This document shows positions 61,054-64,000 of a stretch of 64,000 nucleotides of DNA, piece by piece. The position numbers were made by a program, and so were the translations under genes. The notes below the pieces were generated by a model. It saw only the letters and a program-made list of their open reading frames with translations. It was not told the origin of the DNA and did not search any database. The DNA is from Nitrosarchaeum sp. (GTDB lineage: Archaea; Thermoproteota; Nitrososphaeria; Nitrososphaerales; Nitrosopumilaceae), in contig OZ245020.1 in assembly GCA_965223865.1 (NCBI GenBank), forward strand, positions 512,001-576,000, read 5' to 3'. Position 1 is the stretch's first letter, and each line of letters begins with the position of its first letter.

Positions 61054-61634
61054 TTGGGATTGTTATGGCAGGTGGCAAAGGAAGTAGAATGTCTTTGCCT
61101 AAAGAAAAATTATTGCTTGAATACAAAAAACCAATCATCCTACATGTAATAGATGCACTAAAAGAATCAAAATGTTTTTCAAAAATTATCGCAATTACAA
61201 GTTCTAATTCACCTGAAACAAAAAAATTGCTTCAGCAAAATAAGATTGAATTGTTTGATTCATCAGGAGATGGTTATGTTCAAGATCTTAATCAGGTCCT
61301 AAAAAAAATAAATGATACAGTTCTAATAACTTCAGGTGACTTACCACTTTTAGATGGTGAAATAATTCAAAGACTTGTTAAAGAATACAATTCTGAAAAA
61401 ATTTGGACAAGTTTTCTTGTGACTAGGAAATTACTTAATTCATTAAAAATATCAGCAGATCATGAAGTTGATTATAAAGATCAACATTGTTGCTATACTG
61501 GTATTTCTTTAGTTAACGCAGAAAAAATATCCAATTTGGAAAAAATACCTGAAAATTTTGTTATTTTAGATGATAAGAGAATAGCCTTTAATCTAAACAC
61601 AAAAGAAGATTATGATTTACTCTGCACTACCTGA
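61050..61634 (+). CDS. cobY: adenosylcobinamide-phosphate guanylyltransferase
   Basis: MAGGKGSRM..EK, GDLP, NLNTKED; cob cluster context. Confidence 0.85.
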   Translation: MIGIVMAGGKGSRMSLPKEKLLLEYKKPIILHVIDALKESKCFSKIIAITSSNSPETKKLLQQNKIELFDSSGDGYVQDLNQVLKKINDTVLITSGDLPLLDGEIIQRLVKEYNSEKIWTSFLVTRKLLNSLKISADHEVDYKDQHCCYTGISLVNAEKISNLEKIPENFVILDDKRIAFNLNTKEDYDLLCTT

Positions 61635-61814
61635 GATCTTGCCATTGATCTTTGCCTTTGAACCTGTAGGCTCAGCAATATTATTTCCACAGGAATTACA
61701 AGCTACTCTTTGTGAAGCATGAGAATATACAATCTGAAGCTCACCGCATTCATTGCAGTTAACTTTTTGGAATTTACTTGAGGGTTTTGGAATTTCAATA
61801 TGATCCTTTTTCAT
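61617..61814 (-). CDS. rps27e: 30S ribosomal protein S27e
   Basis: PSSKFQKVNCNECG..CNSCG..PTGSK. Confidence 0.92.
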   Translation of the reverse strand: MKKDHIEIPKPSSKFQKVNCNECGELQIVYSHASQRVACNSCGNNIAEPTGSKAKINGKISGSAE

Positions 61815-62092
61815 GCTGCCATCAACTCAAATTTCTTAATTCTAATCCCTAGTTTATTGTATTTCTTCTTACATACAGTACAAGTCATAATAGGAGTAAC
61901 TTTCTTTGTAACTTTTGCAGGCTTGGCTAGCTTTGGGAATTTTTGTCCACCATACCCTTGTTTTCGTTCTGCATGTCTACGCTCACCTCTTGCAGAACCA
62001 CGTCTTTTTCCAGCCTTGTAAATTGAAACTTTTTGTTCAGTATGTGTCTTGCATTTTGCGCAATACTTTCTGATCGTCTTGGGTATGTTCAC
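61811..62092 (-). CDS. rpl44e: 50S ribosomal protein L44e
   Basis: YCAKCKTHT, GYGGQKFP, CTVC. Confidence 0.93.
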   Translation of the reverse strand: MNIPKTIRKYCAKCKTHTEQKVSIYKAGKRRGSARGERRHAERKQGYGGQKFPKLAKPAKVTKKVTPIMTCTVCKKKYNKLGIRIKKFELMAA

Positions 62093-62162
62093 AACAAAAA
62101 AACCGCTTCAACGGTAATTTAAGCATTGAATCTATAATAGGCTCAAAAGATAACTATAATTC

Positions 62163-63926
62163 GTGAATTCAACCCTTGCAGATTCTATTTCCTTATTAAA
62201 TTCAGTCGCAATTGGAGATAAGAAAGCCGATATAATTTTGCAAAATTGTTCTTTAATGTCAGTGTATACTAGAGAAATAATTCCTAAAACTCAGATTGCA
62301 ATAATAAAGGATAGAATTGCATATGTTGGCCCAGATGCAAGCCATACAATTGGACCAAAAACAATCATTATTGATGTAAAAGGAAAATTTGTTGCGCCAG
62401 GATTTGCAGATCCTCATGTGCATATAGATCAATTTGTATTACCATCAGAACTAGCAAAAAAATCTCTTTTATGTGGGGTCACAACTCTTTTTTCTGATCC
62501 AATTGACGTTGTTAGCGTAACTGGATACAAGGGATTTCAGGAATTTTTAAAACTTGGCGAAGATCTACCAATTAGAATTTTTCAAGTGGTTCCAGGTGGT
62601 CTTCCTGTAGATGGAAAATTTAGCAACAGCAAAAAGTTGTCGTTATCCCAAGAAAAAACTGCCATAAAACATCCACATGTTCTAGGATTAGGAGAAGTTT
62701 TTTCATGGACTAAGGTTACTCTTCGTGATCCAAAGACCATGAAATCATTGTCTTCTATGTTGGAAGCAGATTGCATAATCAATGGACATACAGCAGGTGC
62801 AAGTGAAAAAAAATTAAATGCATATGTCTCTTCTGGAATTTTATCTTGTCATGAACCAATCAATTTTGATCAAGTACTAGAAAGATTACGTTTAGGAATG
62901 TGGATAATGATCAGAGAGGGTTCTATTAGACGTGACTTGGGAGAAATTATTCCACGAGTTATGTCACATGGAACTTATCGTAGTCAACTGATGTTTTGTT
63001 CTGACGGACTTGATCCTCTGGATATAACAAAATATGGCCACATAGATCATTGCATAAGAGAATCAATTACTCTCGGATTAGAACCCATAGATGCAATTAC
63101 AATGGCTTCCAAAAACTGCTTTGATTATTATAACATGGGAAAAAATTTAGGAGGTATTGCTCCAGGCAAGTTAGCTGATATTCTTATTTTTGATGACTTA
63201 AAATCGATTAAACCTTCCAAAGTATTCGTAGGCGGAAAATTAGTTGTTTCAAACGGCCGAATTGTTACTACGATTAAGAAAAAATCAATTTCTCCATGGA
63301 TAAAAAATACTGTTAAACTAAAAAAATTCGCTCCAAGTGACTTTATTATTAAATCAAAAATGGACAAAGTTGATGTAAATACCATCTATATGCAAACTGA
63401 AATCATAACAAAATTGGGAGATGCAAACCTAAACGTTGAGAAAGGAGACGTTTTGACTTCTCGTGAAAAAGATGTTTGGAAGGTTGCAGCCTTTGATCGA
63501 ATTTATGGTACAAAAAAACACTCAATTGGATTTCTTGAAAACTTTGGAGCAGACATTGGCGCCTTTGCCTCAACTTGGAGCTTTCATGAAAATGATTTGA
63601 TCATAATTGGTTCAGATAATTCAGATATGGCATATGCTGCAAATACTCTCATAAAAAATCAAGGTGGATTAGTAGTTGTTAAATCTGGTAAGGTTCAAGC
63701 ATCTCTTCCTTTACAATTTGCAGGAATCATATCAACTGATTCATTTGAAAAAGTGTCTTCTAATTTTAAGAAAATTAATGACTCTATAGTTGATTCTGGT
63801 TGCAAATTCGAGAGACCTCATCTTATTCCATTATTCTTGCCATTTTTAGCTCTACCTTCTGTAAGAATTCTCTCGAATGGAATCGTTGATGTGAAAAATA
63901 GATCCTATGTCAATCCGATCAAGTAA
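62163..63926 (+). CDS. ade: adenine deaminase
   Basis: PGFADPHVHI, GLGEV, GH, SCHE, IREGS, CSDG. Confidence 0.88.
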   Translation: MNSTLADSISLLNSVAIGDKKADIILQNCSLMSVYTREIIPKTQIAIIKDRIAYVGPDASHTIGPKTIIIDVKGKFVAPGFADPHVHIDQFVLPSELAKKSLLCGVTTLFSDPIDVVSVTGYKGFQEFLKLGEDLPIRIFQVVPGGLPVDGKFSNSKKLSLSQEKTAIKHPHVLGLGEVFSWTKVTLRDPKTMKSLSSMLEADCIINGHTAGASEKKLNAYVSSGILSCHEPINFDQVLERLRLGMWIMIREGSIRRDLGEIIPRVMSHGTYRSQLMFCSDGLDPLDITKYGHIDHCIRESITLGLEPIDAITMASKNCFDYYNMGKNLGGIAPGKLADILIFDDLKSIKPSKVFVGGKLVVSNGRIVTTIKKKSISPWIKNTVKLKKFAPSDFIIKSKMDKVDVNTIYMQTEIITKLGDANLNVEKGDVLTSREKDVWKVAAFDRIYGTKKHSIGFLENFGADIGAFASTWSFHENDLIIIGSDNSDMAYAANTLIKNQGGLVVVKSGKVQASLPLQFAGIISTDSFEKVSSNFKKINDSIVDSGCKFERPHLIPLFLPFLALPSVRILSNGIVDVKNRSYVNPIK

Positions 63927-63970
63927 GTAATGTTAAAAAGGGGGATTTAGGGGATTGATGCTGAATCTAA

Positions 63971-64000
63971 ATGGCATCAATCCAACAAGGACCAAATGGA
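63971..64000 (+). CDS. 5' end of a gene running off the window (possibly thermosome subunit)
   Basis: ATG..MASIQQGPNG; only 10 codons visible. Confidence 0.4.
   Translation, partial: MASIQQGPNG

Noticed and set aside
897-63385. Numerous 60-140 aa antisense or alternate-frame ORFs in the track (e.g. 15709-16125, 45937-46290, 8414-8719)
   Set aside because: Shadows of well-supported genes on the other strand or frame

Overview
This AT-rich window is from a Nitrosopumilus-like ammonia-oxidising archaeon (Nitrososphaerota). The evidence is PEFG-CTERM, CFI-box-CTERM and [12 protein letters not shown] repeat proteins, plus archaeal r-proteins, TFE, NAC and Nep1. About 1-18 kb is an accessory copper/metal surface island: a CopC-CopD-beta-propeller fusion, a cupredoxin, at least six secreted proteins predicted to start with His1, DsbA, DoxX, a rhomboid protease, a His-rich membrane protein plus wHTH regulator, and a frameshifted ~565-aa secreted metallothionein-like protein with ~48 Cys. 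It also holds a 78-bp micro-inversion that breaks a His1 gene, a 138-bp inverted repeat pair, and a recurrent GTAC-N11-GTAC palindrome next to promoters. About 18-64 kb is mostly core genome: thiolase/DUF35, a wHTH-ATP-cone-(dead NrdD) protein next to class II RNR nrdJ, tRNA-Gly, riboflavin and late cobalamin clusters, and translation/transcription genes. No CRISPR array, transposase or integrase was seen. All assignments come from motif recognition by eye; no database searches were run.
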